This document shows positions 9,189-18,561 of a DNA stretch of 64,000 nucleotides, in pieces; position 1 is the stretch's first letter, and every line of letters starts with the position of its first letter. Location: NCBI GenBank assembly GCA_902500125.1, contig GCA_902500125.1_4132.1. One strand, given 5' to 3'. This stretch comes from Escherichia coli (GTDB lineage: Bacteria > Pseudomonadota > Gammaproteobacteria > Enterobacterales > Enterobacteriaceae). The position numbers and the translations under genes are program-made. The notes beneath the pieces were generated by a model. That model did not search any database. It was not told where the DNA came from and saw only the letters and a list, made by a program, of their open reading frames with translations.

Positions 9189-9830
9189 ATGACTAAGCAA
9201 GACATATTCAAAACTTTAATTGACATTTTGCGTCCATCAAAAACTCGTTGTGCGATGGAGTTTGATATTCCTTATGCTGAACGCGTAATCTTTCCACAAG
9301 TTAAAGCTGCTGGACTTACTTTGCTTGGAATGGGGATGTACTCTGTAGTAGTTGAACATAAAAACTATCCTGGACGTGCATTTAAAGTAACCACTTCACG
9401 CTGGGATGGTTTTCGTGCTTATGCAAAGTACTGCATTGAAAACGCAGGAACCAAGTTTCTTCCAGTGATCTACAGTGCCAACGAACAAGGAAACTTTGGA
9501 TGGTATGAGATGGACAAGTACTATCCTATAATTAAACAAAAAAATAATTATGATGACTTTGTTAGTACTAAAATTGGAGATTTATATTCTTATGCACATG
9601 CTGGTCAGTACGCTACTTCAGTGAATGATATGCGTGGAAATTCTGAAGAGATTGCTATTGCAACGGTCGCTGCTAACATCATGAAAGAGTTTCACGGGCG
9701 TTTTGTACCAGACATTCATTCAAGTAATGTGATGATGGATAAAGATGGCAATGTATTCATTACTGATCCTCTTTCGTGTGATGTACGTAGAGAAATACCA
9801 GTTACTGAAGAAGATCCAGTTTTTTATTGA
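9189..9830 (+). CDS. protein-kinase-like protein
   Basis: GMGMYSVV..AFKV Gly-loop/Lys and DIHSSNVMMDKDGNVFITD catalytic-loop-like motifs; GAGGA RBS. Confidence 0.5.
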   Translation: MTKQDIFKTLIDILRPSKTRCAMEFDIPYAERVIFPQVKAAGLTLLGMGMYSVVVEHKNYPGRAFKVTTSRWDGFRAYAKYCIENAGTKFLPVIYSANEQGNFGWYEMDKYYPIIKQKNNYDDFVSTKIGDLYSYAHAGQYATSVNDMRGNSEEIAIATVAANIMKEFHGRFVPDIHSSNVMMDKDGNVFITDPLSCDVRREIPVTEEDPVFY

Positions 9831-9891
9831 CAGAACTGATGTTCTGGTGTATTCTTAATAAACCATAAAAATTGCGGTAAAGGATAAAATC

Positions 9892-10173
9892 ATGCGTTCA
9901 TTTGAAAACTTAATAGGTAAGCATCTTTTATCTGAAATTGATGCAGACGTTAAAGAATTATCCAAATCAAAAAGTTACATTCATTTGGATGAACTGTTTA
10001 TTAAGTACGGTGAGATTGGTTTTAAGTCATTATTTGTTTTTACTATGAAAGTACATAGTTTAAAGTACTTCGATTTGAGTTCTAAAGATGGTGAACCGAA
10101 TCTATATTACATGTATTACCTTAAGAACAAAGATGAAGCTAATACATTACTCTCTGAATATATATTGGGGTAA
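9892..10173 (+). CDS. hypothetical protein (93 aa)
   Basis: Track ORF; AAGGA RBS. Confidence 0.5.
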   Translation: MRSFENLIGKHLLSEIDADVKELSKSKSYIHLDELFIKYGEIGFKSLFVFTMKVHSLKYFDLSSKDGEPNLYYMYYLKNKDEANTLLSEYILG

Positions 10174-10175
10174 AA

Positions 10176-10514
10176 ATGGAACAATATTTTGAATTAATAA
10201 ACAAAGTATCATTTTATGTAGTATCTTTGGTTTGGGTGTATTATATGTTTTGCTATATTATTGCATTCTTCCGATATACTACTTTATATGAACGTATCTA
10301 CTATGATGCCCCAATTTCATTCTTGATGTTTTGTGCATGTACGTGGGGAATATTAGAAGTACTGATATGTGGGTATAGTACTGATGAATTAAATCTGGTA
10401 TCGGTGTTGACTGGGTTTTCATTTGTTGTTATGATAGCTGCCGTTCCAGTATGGTTGTTCTTTGGACTAGTTCATCGCATTGATATATGGCGTTCTAATA
10501 TCCCTGAAAAGTAA
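10176..10514 (+). CDS. membrane protein, paralog family (C-terminal RxN[ILM]PE)
   Basis: Track ORF; hydrophobic helices; ends WRSNIPEK. Confidence 0.55.
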   Translation: MEQYFELINKVSFYVVSLVWVYYMFCYIIAFFRYTTLYERIYYDAPISFLMFCACTWGILEVLICGYSTDELNLVSVLTGFSFVVMIAAVPVWLFFGLVHRIDIWRSNIPEK

Positions 10515-10517
10515 GGA

Positions 10518-10865
10518 TTGGAAATGATTTATTACACTAACATGTTTGCCTATGCTGTTGCTTGCATTTACATTGTTTACTTCTTATTCGGTGGAGTACT
10601 GTGCTTCTTTAAGTACAAAACGTTGTTCAACCGAATGTACCCAAATCATCCAATTGTAGTTGTACTTTTGATTCTTTCAGTTTCTCAAATAATCGTTGAA
10701 ACTACAATGGGTATCAGTAGTGTACATTATAGTTTTGGCACTATAGTAATTATTACTATGCTTATTGCATACATTTTAGTACTTGGATATGGTATCTTTG
10801 GTAATATTGGTATGAAAATGTATCATCGAATTAAAACATTACGTGATAATCTACCGGAGCGTTGA
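10518..10865 (+). CDS. membrane protein, paralog family
   Basis: Track ORF; ends LRDNLPER. Confidence 0.55.
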   Translation: MEMIYYTNMFAYAVACIYIVYFLFGGVLCFFKYKTLFNRMYPNHPIVVVLLILSVSQIIVETTMGISSVHYSFGTIVIITMLIAYILVLGYGIFGNIGMKMYHRIKTLRDNLPER

Positions 10866-10866
10866 T

Positions 10867-11211
10867 ATGTATAATTTGAACCTAATCTCATATATTATAA
10901 CAACACTGTTTACATTCTATGCCTTTGTTGGTATAATCCTACTGTACTTTAAATTTTATAAAGTGTTTAACCGTTTCTATCCTTCAATGGAGAATGAGTT
11001 TTTCTTTGTGTTGTACGTAGGTTACACATTAATGGCTACATGTTTCACTGTAGCCGATGGTGTCATCGGCATTAAAACTGATTCCCCAAATGGTAGTACG
11101 CTGGTTGCATTTATTCTTACTGGATTCCTTGCAACTTATATTGCCTTCATTACAACATGGTCAGTGGTTGAATTTCTCTTGCGACTACGAAAGAATATGC
11201 CGAATCGATAG
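10867..11211 (+). CDS. membrane protein, paralog family
   Basis: Internal ATG of track ORF 10843..11211 after GGAG; ends LRKNMPNR. Confidence 0.55.
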   Translation: MYNLNLISYIITTLFTFYAFVGIILLYFKFYKVFNRFYPSMENEFFFVLYVGYTLMATCFTVADGVIGIKTDSPNGSTLVAFILTGFLATYIAFITTWSVVEFLLRLRKNMPNR

Positions 11212-11220
11212 GAGACATAT

Positions 11221-11475
11221 ATGTTTGCGTTGCGTAATAAAAACACTAAAGAATTATTATGTATTGATACCGTATGGGATTGTGCGGGATCAACTACAGT
11301 TCTTGAAGAAGGAACTGGATATTGCGTGTTTGTTGTTCATGATAGGAATGAACTCGAATTATTACTTGCTGAGTTCAATGCTGGTGGTAATCCTAACAGT
11401 ACTGAATACCCTGAGATTATCAATCCAGCACCACCAGGCTCTTATGAAATTCTACAACTGTGGGAGTTGAAGTAA
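11221..11475 (+). CDS. hypothetical protein (84 aa)
   Basis: Track ORF; GGAG RBS. Confidence 0.5.
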   Translation: MFALRNKNTKELLCIDTVWDCAGSTTVLEEGTGYCVFVVHDRNELELLLAEFNAGGNPNSTEYPEIINPAPPGSYEILQLWELK

Positions 11476-11855
11476 TGCGTCAAATGCACAAAGTAACCGA
11501 GCTAAACAAGCGTCTGGTTAAACAATCAATGTTCGAGGATAAAGAGTCTTATTATAACTTTAAACGTGCTGTAGAGGCTGCTATCCACATTCAGAAGCTT
11601 AAAGAACGTGGTTGTATTATTCTGGAAAATGGGTCGGAAGTTGTAACGGATGACTTTAGTGTAGCGTTTGATGTTTCACCTGACGGGACGCTATCAATGC
11701 CCCGCTTAGGAACTGGAAACATGACTGTTTGGGTTGGCTTCACTATGGGGAATGTACCTGGTACTGTGTACGTAGATGATGCGGAATTGAAAGACAGTTT
11801 CAAAAACTTATCTTATCTTGAACCACAATACGCACATGAAATGAATTTATTTTGA
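11475..11855 (+). CDS. hypothetical protein
   Basis: TAATG overlap start inside track ORF 11460..11855. Confidence 0.5.
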   Translation: MRQMHKVTELNKRLVKQSMFEDKESYYNFKRAVEAAIHIQKLKERGCIILENGSEVVTDDFSVAFDVSPDGTLSMPRLGTGNMTVWVGFTMGNVPGTVYVDDAELKDSFKNLSYLEPQYAHEMNLF

Positions 11856-11931
11856 GTTGACAAACACATTCAGTACTGTATAATGCTTATCAAGGGGATG
11901 AACTTCTCATCCCTACAATCGAGGAACTACC

Positions 11932-12486
11932 ATGATTACTTTTAAGAAAACTGCTAACCACATCCATGAAATCTACATTAACGGTCACAAAGCTGGCCTT
12001 CTTCGTTTACTCGCCCATCATCCTGATGTTACCGTATCTGATAATGAACCTAAAGATTGGCGTGTATTTTTCTTTGGAAAGTACAGTGATTTTCAAGTAT
12101 CAAACCTGAAGAACATTCGTTCAGTATGCACGTTAACTGAAATTAAAGAAAAGTTAGAAAAAGCATTGAAAACTAATCCAGATGGTGTTCTTCCACCTGA
12201 TAACTTTGTAGAGAAAGGTTATGCATTAGCTCATTTCAAAGATGGTACTATTCAATCTATCAGTACTGAATATGAATATCAATGGACTGAGTACTTCACT
12301 TATGGATCGCGTAATACATTGATGGCTTCACGTAGTAAATTGGAAGAAGTACTGACTCGTATGAATGAACGCGAACGTCAATTTTATGACAAACCAGAAA
12401 TGTGGAGTTCAACTTACATTGACCGTATTGACTATGTTATTATGACTCCAATCTTTGACACTGCTTACTATGATTCTTTGAAATAA
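11932..12486 (+). CDS. hypothetical protein (184 aa)
   Basis: Track ORF; GAGGA RBS. Confidence 0.6.
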   Translation: MITFKKTANHIHEIYINGHKAGLLRLLAHHPDVTVSDNEPKDWRVFFFGKYSDFQVSNLKNIRSVCTLTEIKEKLEKALKTNPDGVLPPDNFVEKGYALAHFKDGTIQSISTEYEYQWTEYFTYGSRNTLMASRSKLEEVLTRMNERERQFYDKPEMWSSTYIDRIDYVIMTPIFDTAYYDSLK

Positions 12487-12497
12487 GGATAACTTAT

Positions 12498-12674
12498 ATG
12501 AAACTACGTACTCGTAATCGACTGATGGATGCACTGTACCATGAACAGCTTTCACTGAATGAAGTGAAGCGACAGTTAATGTACACATATCTGTTACCCG
12601 ATCGCATTGCAAAACAACGTGCTAAAGAATTGCTGAAAGAAGCAATCGAGTACTGGGAATCTGATTCGTACTAA
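12498..12674 (+). CDS. hypothetical protein (58 aa)
   Basis: ATG after AAGGA RBS; below track cutoff; coding-like composition. Confidence 0.4.
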   Translation: MKLRTRNRLMDALYHEQLSLNEVKRQLMYTYLLPDRIAKQRAKELLKEAIEYWESDSY

Positions 12675-12702
12675 TTGTCACGTTAATTAAGTGAGGCGAT
12701 AA

Positions 12703-12954
12703 ATGAAAATTTTATTAGTTCTAATACTACTAATTGTTTTACCATTTACGTTAGTATCCCCTGAACTTGCATGGAATGTGTTTGTGTACTTAGTATGTAC
12801 TATTGTAGTAAATGGTATCTTGTTCTTAGTTCTATTCATAAATGGAATAGGACACGGTGGAGGATGGACCAGTACTGCTGATATTGTACATAAAACCACT
12901 ATGTCTTTATTTGTAATGTGGAATTTATTCTGGACTTGGTTTGTGTTCTTCTAA
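12703..12954 (+). CDS. small membrane protein
   Basis: Track ORF; hydrophobic; GAGG RBS. Confidence 0.5.
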   Translation: MKILLVLILLIVLPFTLVSPELAWNVFVYLVCTIVVNGILFLVLFINGIGHGGGWTSTADIVHKTTMSLFVMWNLFWTWFVFF

Positions 12955-12962
12955 TTAAAAAT

Positions 12963-13334
12963 ATGAATATAGATTTGAAAGGTGCAACCCGAACTGTCAT
13001 ACTCATTGGGGAATATGCTATCAAGATTCCAACCTTTAAAAGTTGGAAGCTATTCTTAACAGGGATGATAGCTAACCTCAATGAACGTTCGTGGATGCAG
13101 TACTCCAATCGTAGTGATAGTAGTATCTGTCCTACGTTGTGGTCATCATGTACTGGACTAGTAACTGTACAGAAACGTTGTAAGCCAGTGCAACATAGGG
13201 GTTTATTTTGGGTGGAGTTGTGTGCTTTAGCATTGAATTCAGAGTTAAGTACTGACTTCTTCTATTCAGATGCGAAGCCAGAAAACTTTGGGTATCTGTG
13301 TGGTAAGTTGGTTAAACTTGATTATGGAGATTAA
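12963..13334 (+). CDS. mini protein-kinase-like protein
   Basis: GATRTVILIGEYAIK, DAKPENFG and KLDYGD in kinase motif order; internal ATG of track ORF. Confidence 0.45.
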   Translation: MNIDLKGATRTVILIGEYAIKIPTFKSWKLFLTGMIANLNERSWMQYSNRSDSSICPTLWSSCTGLVTVQKRCKPVQHRGLFWVELCALALNSELSTDFFYSDAKPENFGYLCGKLVKLDYGD

Positions 13335-13335
13335 T

Positions 13336-13605
13336 ATGTACGCATTGTATAATAAAGAAAAGAAACGATTTGCTAAGGTTGAAATTTCGATTGATACATT
13401 TGACATGTTGGAGTACTGTATTGTAACGGACTTATATGCTAACTTGTATTACGTTCTTGATGACGTATCAGTACTGCAACGATTGCTTGAGAATTCCAAA
13501 AGTCAATGCCAGGACATCCATGATGGTTCATCTTATGAAACACCTGAGTGTCCCCACGGGCAACTCGATGGGTATGAGATTGTTAAGTTGGGAATTGTTG
13601 AGTAA
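13336..13605 (+). CDS. hypothetical protein
   Basis: Internal ATG after GGAG within track ORF 13270..13605. Confidence 0.45.
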   Translation: MYALYNKEKKRFAKVEISIDTFDMLEYCIVTDLYANLYYVLDDVSVLQRLLENSKSQCQDIHDGSSYETPECPHGQLDGYEIVKLGIVE

Positions 13606-13670
13606 AAGGTATTGACACCGTACTCATTTAACTGTATTATGTATGTACACCAACTAATGAGGAATCGGAA

Positions 13671-14030
13671 ATGGCATCTTTATCTGAAATCACTGAACTG
13701 AATCCACTGGTAATTAGTACTGTTCAACGCACCAAGACGTTTTACTTCCGTCCTGCTGATGGATGGAAACGTGGAATGAATGGTGACTATCGAGTACTGG
13801 AAGATTCGCTCATCGAGCGTATCAACTCTGAACTACAGAAGTATGAAGGTGTTAAAGTTGTCCGTTCAACTTCTCGTTATTTTGAGTACTACATTGAGTC
13901 TTCAACTGTAAATGAAAACTCATCATTCTCGGTGGATAACACTGATATTCTTCGCAATGCAGTTGGTTTGCTATGCAACATTGCAGAAGAAATGGGATTA
14001 ACTATCACCACAATGAGTGAGTTAGAATAG
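13671..14030 (+). CDS. hypothetical protein (119 aa)
   Basis: Track ORF; GAGG RBS. Confidence 0.55.
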   Translation: MASLSEITELNPLVISTVQRTKTFYFRPADGWKRGMNGDYRVLEDSLIERINSELQKYEGVKVVRSTSRYFEYYIESSTVNENSSFSVDNTDILRNAVGLLCNIAEEMGLTITTMSELE

Positions 14031-14040
14031 AATAAAAAAA

Positions 14041-14073
14041 GGGTTGACTTAGGTCGGCCCTTTTGCTATTATA
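14041..14073 (+). terminator. terminator hairpin fused to promoter
   Basis: GGGTTGAC-TTAG-GTCGGCCC hairpin with wobble pairs, T-run, TTGACT/TATTAT. Confidence 0.55.
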
Positions 14074-14100
14074 TCTATATCGAAACGAAGGAGACAAACC

Positions 14101-14874
14101 ATGACCCGTCAAGAGAAAGCAATCCAAATCGAAAAAAACTTCAATAGCATGATGGCTGCACTGGAATGCCTTCTTGATACACAAGCTAACTCTATCAACT
14201 CTCTGATCGTATCAGGTAAAGGTGGTGTTGGTAAAACTTATAACGTTGACCAACGGTTGCAGAAAGCTGATGATAACTTTGAAATCGACTACAAGAAAAT
14301 CAGTGGTAAAGTAACTACTTTGGGTCTGTACGAAGCACTGTATCGTTCACGTCATGCCGCATCAGTACTGTTACTTGATGACGTTGATATCTTCTCTGAC
14401 GAGACTAATATTGATTTGCTTAAAGCTGTGTTGGATACGTCAGAGAAGCGTGTAGTTTCTTACGCGACTTCTGCTAAGTACCTGGAACAGCAGGGTATCC
14501 CTAAGCAGTTTGAATTCCGTGGTAAAGTAATCTTTCTGACTAACAAAAACCTGTCACAGATTGCTAAAGGTAAAAGCAGCTTAGCACCACACATCGATGC
14601 ACTGATCACTCGTAGTATCTTTGTTGACCTGCAACTGTTCACCAACGAAGAAGTGATGATTCACATTGAGAACATCATGAACAAAACTAACATCCTTGAA
14701 AACAATGGTGTTAACAAAAATGGTTGTAAAGCAATCCTGAATTGGATGCTGAACAACGAAGAACGTTTGCGTAGTCCATCACTGCGTATGCCAGTACTGA
14801 TCGCTGGTTTGTATAATAAATTCCCATACGATTGGGAATCAATGGCAGAGAATATGTTCCTTGAGAAAATTTAA
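14101..14874 (+). CDS. P-loop NTPase (Walker A GKGGVGKT, Walker B LLLDDVD)
   Basis: Track ORF; deviant Walker A resembling ParA/MinD-type; GGAG RBS. Confidence 0.65.
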   Translation: MTRQEKAIQIEKNFNSMMAALECLLDTQANSINSLIVSGKGGVGKTYNVDQRLQKADDNFEIDYKKISGKVTTLGLYEALYRSRHAASVLLLDDVDIFSDETNIDLLKAVLDTSEKRVVSYATSAKYLEQQGIPKQFEFRGKVIFLTNKNLSQIAKGKSSLAPHIDALITRSIFVDLQLFTNEEVMIHIENIMNKTNILENNGVNKNGCKAILNWMLNNEERLRSPSLRMPVLIAGLYNKFPYDWESMAENMFLEKI

Positions 14875-14941
14875 TTACATGTATTGACAGTACTACACTA
14901 TGGTAGTACTATAACTTAATATTCACCACCGGAGATACGAT

Positions 14942-15280
14942 ATGCTTGAGTTTTTTAATTCAGATACAATGATTAGTATTACTTTGATTTATCTGTTTGG
15001 TTTTTTCTTTTATCATGCACTGGTTGTAGTACTGTGGTATTTTAAAAAGAAAATTGTTTTTAAACTGTATCCAGTAAGGAATTCATCACTAGTTCTTTAC
15101 ACACTAGTTCAAGGTTTGTTTGCAATTGTTGGTCTTATGGCACACTTAATTTATTGTGCCAATCCTCACTTGAACTCAATCTCACAATATATTGTATTCT
15201 TTGGGTTGTTCATTTGGTTAGTTGTATACTTAATCCATCTCATTATTCATGGTAGAGATAAAATTCGCGGAGACTTCTAA
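14942..15280 (+). CDS. membrane protein, paralog family
   Basis: Track ORF; hydrophobic; GGAG RBS. Confidence 0.55.
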   Translation: MLEFFNSDTMISITLIYLFGFFFYHALVVVLWYFKKKIVFKLYPVRNSSLVLYTLVQGLFAIVGLMAHLIYCANPHLNSISQYIVFFGLFIWLVVYLIHLIIHGRDKIRGDF

Positions 15281-15627
15281 TGTTTGAAGCTTATCTTGAG
15301 TTTTTAAGGAGTAGTTCAGTTGCACATTCACTTGCAGGGATTATTCTAACAACTTATGTATCATTTTGGGTAGTTATGTTTCTAGGATGGTATTTTAAAC
15401 GACAATTCTATAAACGTAATGGTGAAGATTTTATGAATTCTGCCATTAATCAATCGTTGTTTGCATCAACATTGATTGCATGTATTGTAGCAACACTCAC
15501 AGGAAAGGTACTACCAGCTTTTTCCGCAGTTTACGGCACACTTGGGATGATATGTTTAACTTTTATATTGACCATTAAAATTTGTTGTGTTATGATTGAA
15601 CTTCGAAATAAGATACCGGAGGAATGA
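15280..15627 (+). CDS. membrane protein, paralog family
   Basis: Track ORF; ends LRNKIPEE; overlapping start. Confidence 0.55.
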   Translation: MFEAYLEFLRSSSVAHSLAGIILTTYVSFWVVMFLGWYFKRQFYKRNGEDFMNSAINQSLFASTLIACIVATLTGKVLPAFSAVYGTLGMICLTFILTIKICCVMIELRNKIPEE

Positions 15628-15962
15628 TGGAGTACTTTATTGATTTACTGCCGTGGTATATGAAAGTTAGTACCATGTACTATATTATTAGTGCTGGATT
15701 CTACTTTCTGATGTGGTTCTTTAAACGACCAATTTCAGTATTCATCGCTGATAACATGCTGCAATTAAAATTACACGCATGGTTTGGTATGGCGATGATT
15801 ATGCCTATTATTCACTACTCAATGATTAGTAGAGGTTTCCGTTCTAATGGTGAACCAATTGTATTAGTATTCTATTGGGGTTCAACTATTGCATATGTAA
15901 GTTTGTTGTTGTTCCCAGTCGTTCATAAGTTACGTGCTAAAGTTCCTGATGCGAGGTACTAA
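15624..15962 (+). CDS. membrane protein, paralog family
   Basis: Track ORF; ATGA overlap; ends LRAKVPDARY. Confidence 0.55.
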   Translation: MMEYFIDLLPWYMKVSTMYYIISAGFYFLMWFFKRPISVFIADNMLQLKLHAWFGMAMIMPIIHYSMISRGFRSNGEPIVLVFYWGSTIAYVSLLLFPVVHKLRAKVPDARY

Positions 15963-16276
15963 TGGATATAGTAACATTGATTTACACGTTGTATTCATTC
16001 TATTTCATTATGTGTTGGGTTGGATTTTTATTTGTACTCAAGATGTTTGATTATGTTGAAAAACAGATAAAAGAATTTTGTATTCCTTTTATCGGTTCAA
16101 CCATTATTAGTGTTTCTTGTGTGTATTTTTTGGTTTTTGATCCACCAGATAACACTGCAATGATTGACTTGATGTTACTACCAACAACTGTTACTTTTTT
16201 ATGTAGTCTGATGCCGCCGATTAGCCGTGGACTAACAGAATTTAGACGCAATCAAAAGCGTAAACGAGGGATGTAA
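15962..16276 (+). CDS. membrane protein, paralog family
   Basis: Track ORF; overlapping start. Confidence 0.55.
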   Translation: MDIVTLIYTLYSFYFIMCWVGFLFVLKMFDYVEKQIKEFCIPFIGSTIISVSCVYFLVFDPPDNTAMIDLMLLPTTVTFLCSLMPPISRGLTEFRRNQKRKRGM

Positions 16277-16644
16277 TGGAAATTGCTCTTATTATCTTAA
16301 CTGCTATGCTGTTTATTAGTACTGTGGTTATAATTGGTAAATTCTTTTGTGTATCATTTTTAGAAACGGTATACGATGAAATTGCTGATGATTATGAATT
16401 ACAAGCCGGATTTTTCATTACGTATTGGCTTAGTTTATTTTGTCTAGTCATTGCTTGGATTTTACATATCTTTAAATGGGGTATGGTAGACGGTGATCCT
16501 ATTATGGCAATTATTGTTCTAGTGTTTGGTATCCTTGGTGGTGCAGTGCATAATCTAATGGTTATCTGGCAAACTGTTCAATATGTTTTGGTTCCCTATT
16601 TCGAAAAGATGCACAGTACAATTAAAAAACGTAAACGAGGTTAG
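16276..16644 (+). CDS. membrane protein, paralog family
   Basis: Track ORF; overlapping start. Confidence 0.55.
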   Translation: MEIALIILTAMLFISTVVIIGKFFCVSFLETVYDEIADDYELQAGFFITYWLSLFCLVIAWILHIFKWGMVDGDPIMAIIVLVFGILGGAVHNLMVIWQTVQYVLVPYFEKMHSTIKKRKRG

Positions 16645-16645
16645 T

Positions 16646-17008
16646 ATGAACGGGATAGAATTATCTTTCGTTGGTCAATTACTAGTAATGGCGTATACAT
16701 TTATCTTCTCACTGAATGCATTCGTGTGCATTGGGAAGTACTTCCATAAGCGACCATTATCAAATATATATGATGTAATCCAAAAGAGATATAGTCCAGC
16801 ATATACTGTGTTGGGTACAGTATTCAATTTTGGTTTTATTGTATTAATAATTGGACTGTTCACATCCTCTTTGAATACAATAACCTTCGGTCTTATGATA
16901 TGTTCATTGGTATTAGCCGTAATTATATGTTGTTTAGTACTGCACCTTGTGGTACTATTGTATATAAAGATCTCTGAAATCCACCAACGTTTGGGTATGA
17001 GGAAATAA
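16646..17008 (+). CDS. membrane protein, paralog family
   Basis: Internal ATG of track ORF 16583..17008 after upstream stop. Confidence 0.5.
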   Translation: MNGIELSFVGQLLVMAYTFIFSLNAFVCIGKYFHKRPLSNIYDVIQKRYSPAYTVLGTVFNFGFIVLIIGLFTSSLNTITFGLMICSLVLAVIICCLVLHLVVLLYIKISEIHQRLGMRK

Positions 17009-17009
17009 T

Positions 17010-17381
17010 ATGAGTTACCGTGAGATATTTTCCATTATTTCAATTATTATGTTCAGTACTGGAACACTGGTATGGTTATTATACTTCTTCTGTATTAATC
17101 CAGTGTATAATATGTTATGTAATATTAAATCAAGTGCCGGATATATCACTTTTATGGTCTTTATGGGATATTATTGTCTAAGCATTTTAGGTGTTGTTTT
17201 GGTTGTTATATTTGATGTGGGACCAAATAGTGATGGTATGGAAATACATGAATTAATAACCATGTTTGGATGTATGATACCAACAGCACTACTGTTTGTA
17301 GCTACTGGTAGTGGATTGATAAAATTATATAATTATTTAAAATCCATTCATAATTCCATTCATAATAAGCGTATGTCATAA
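17010..17381 (+). CDS. membrane protein, paralog family
   Basis: Track ORF. Confidence 0.55.
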   Translation: MSYREIFSIISIIMFSTGTLVWLLYFFCINPVYNMLCNIKSSAGYITFMVFMGYYCLSILGVVLVVIFDVGPNSDGMEIHELITMFGCMIPTALLFVATGSGLIKLYNYLKSIHNSIHNKRMS

Positions 17382-17388
17382 TAAAAAA

Positions 17389-17410
17389 TCCAGTACTATT
17401 AAGTACTGGA
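17389..17410. other. AGTACT-containing hairpin
   Basis: TCCAGTACT-ATTA-AGTACTGGA inverted repeat between genes. Confidence 0.4.
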
Positions 17411-17423
17411 TGTATAAGGAGTT

Positions 17424-18086
17424 ATGATGAAATCAAAATTAGGTTTGTTTTATAAAAACTATTTTGTTAAACAACGTAAATTTATAAAAAAATATTTCTC
17501 TGGCGAGAAGTCTAGTCCTATAATCTTTAAAAGACCAAGTTATAATACTTACTTAGCTGGTGCTAAACAGTCTAAGAAATTTATTACTCTTTTACATAAA
17601 AACAAAATTAAAGCTTCTTATGTTGAAACGAGAAGAAACTCATCAATAACTCCTGGTGATTTTATTGAGTACGGATGTTTCAATATTAAGTACAATGATA
17701 ATACATACTTTATGGATATTGATTGTAATACATCCAATCTTTTTAACATTGTAGTAAATCCATTAAAACAATATAATGTTTATGGTGATTCTATTATCAA
17801 ATTAATCAAAAACAAAGATAGCTTTGATTTTGAAATAAATGTTTTAGATGATAATTTTGACGAAGTACCAGTAAACCCTGAAATCTGTGATATTTTAAAC
17901 AGTTTAAAAGGTAGTACCTACACTATATCATCTGATTTAATGTTTCAGTACTCATTAATCCATAAAGATATTGAAAAGTATATTGAATGCTCCAAAATTT
18001 TGAATTATCTTTACGATGAATTTAAAAAGAGTTCTAAAATAACCGCATACACTTTGTACAATATTCCTAAAATGGTGAATCTTTGA
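17424..18086 (+). CDS. hypothetical protein (220 aa)
   Basis: Track ORF; GGAG RBS. Confidence 0.55.
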   Translation: MMKSKLGLFYKNYFVKQRKFIKKYFSGEKSSPIIFKRPSYNTYLAGAKQSKKFITLLHKNKIKASYVETRRNSSITPGDFIEYGCFNIKYNDNTYFMDIDCNTSNLFNIVVNPLKQYNVYGDSIIKLIKNKDSFDFEINVLDDNFDEVPVNPEICDILNSLKGSTYTISSDLMFQYSLIHKDIEKYIECSKILNYLYDEFKKSSKITAYTLYNIPKMVNL

Positions 18087-18490
18087 CAAATACAGTACTG
18101 GCAACTCCACCGTCTGTAACATATTGTCCAGTACTGTAAATTTGTATACCATCGGTTAAGTAAGTTCTGTATAAAGTTGCTGTAACATATACGTTATTCA
18201 TATTCATCTCTATTGGTAGTACACATTTGGTATAGGCTGAGACATCTGTTTGTGTACCTATACCTAATTGACCTGCGTTATCGCCTGTGTTATAACCAGT
18301 TGCGTAAACACCTAATGAAGTTATAATATGATTAGAAAAATATGAATAACCCAAACTCTTGAGATTCTCTACTGTACAACGTACCATCTGACATAAGGGC
18401 AAAAACTGTTGTATCAGATGAAGCTATTTTTGTTACAGAAGGTTGTATGTTCTGTTTTGATGATGTGATAATTCTTCGAAAGGGTAGCAT
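18067..18490 (-). pseudogene. truncated, frameshifted remnant of MLPF-tag family
   Basis: ATG at 18490 after GGAGGA encodes MLPFRRIITS.. then stops; family C-terminus (LGIGTQTDVS..TVFVKDSPF) continues in another frame. Confidence 0.5.
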
Positions 18491-18536
18491 TGTATCCTCC
18501 AAATGTAAATCGTTATTATATTTAGGACAAAAAAAT

Positions 18537-18555
18537 GCCAGTACAAAATACTGGC
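18537..18555 (-). terminator. terminator hairpin
   Basis: GCCAGTA-N-TACTGGC stem with T-run on minus strand. Confidence 0.55.
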
Positions 18556-18561
18556 TTTATT

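Noticed and set aside
14101-14874. Large terminase or packaging ATPase
   Set aside because: Only 257 aa with a deviant Walker A (KGGVGKT) typical of ParA/MinD-type NTPases and no nuclease domain; left as a generic P-loop NTPase.
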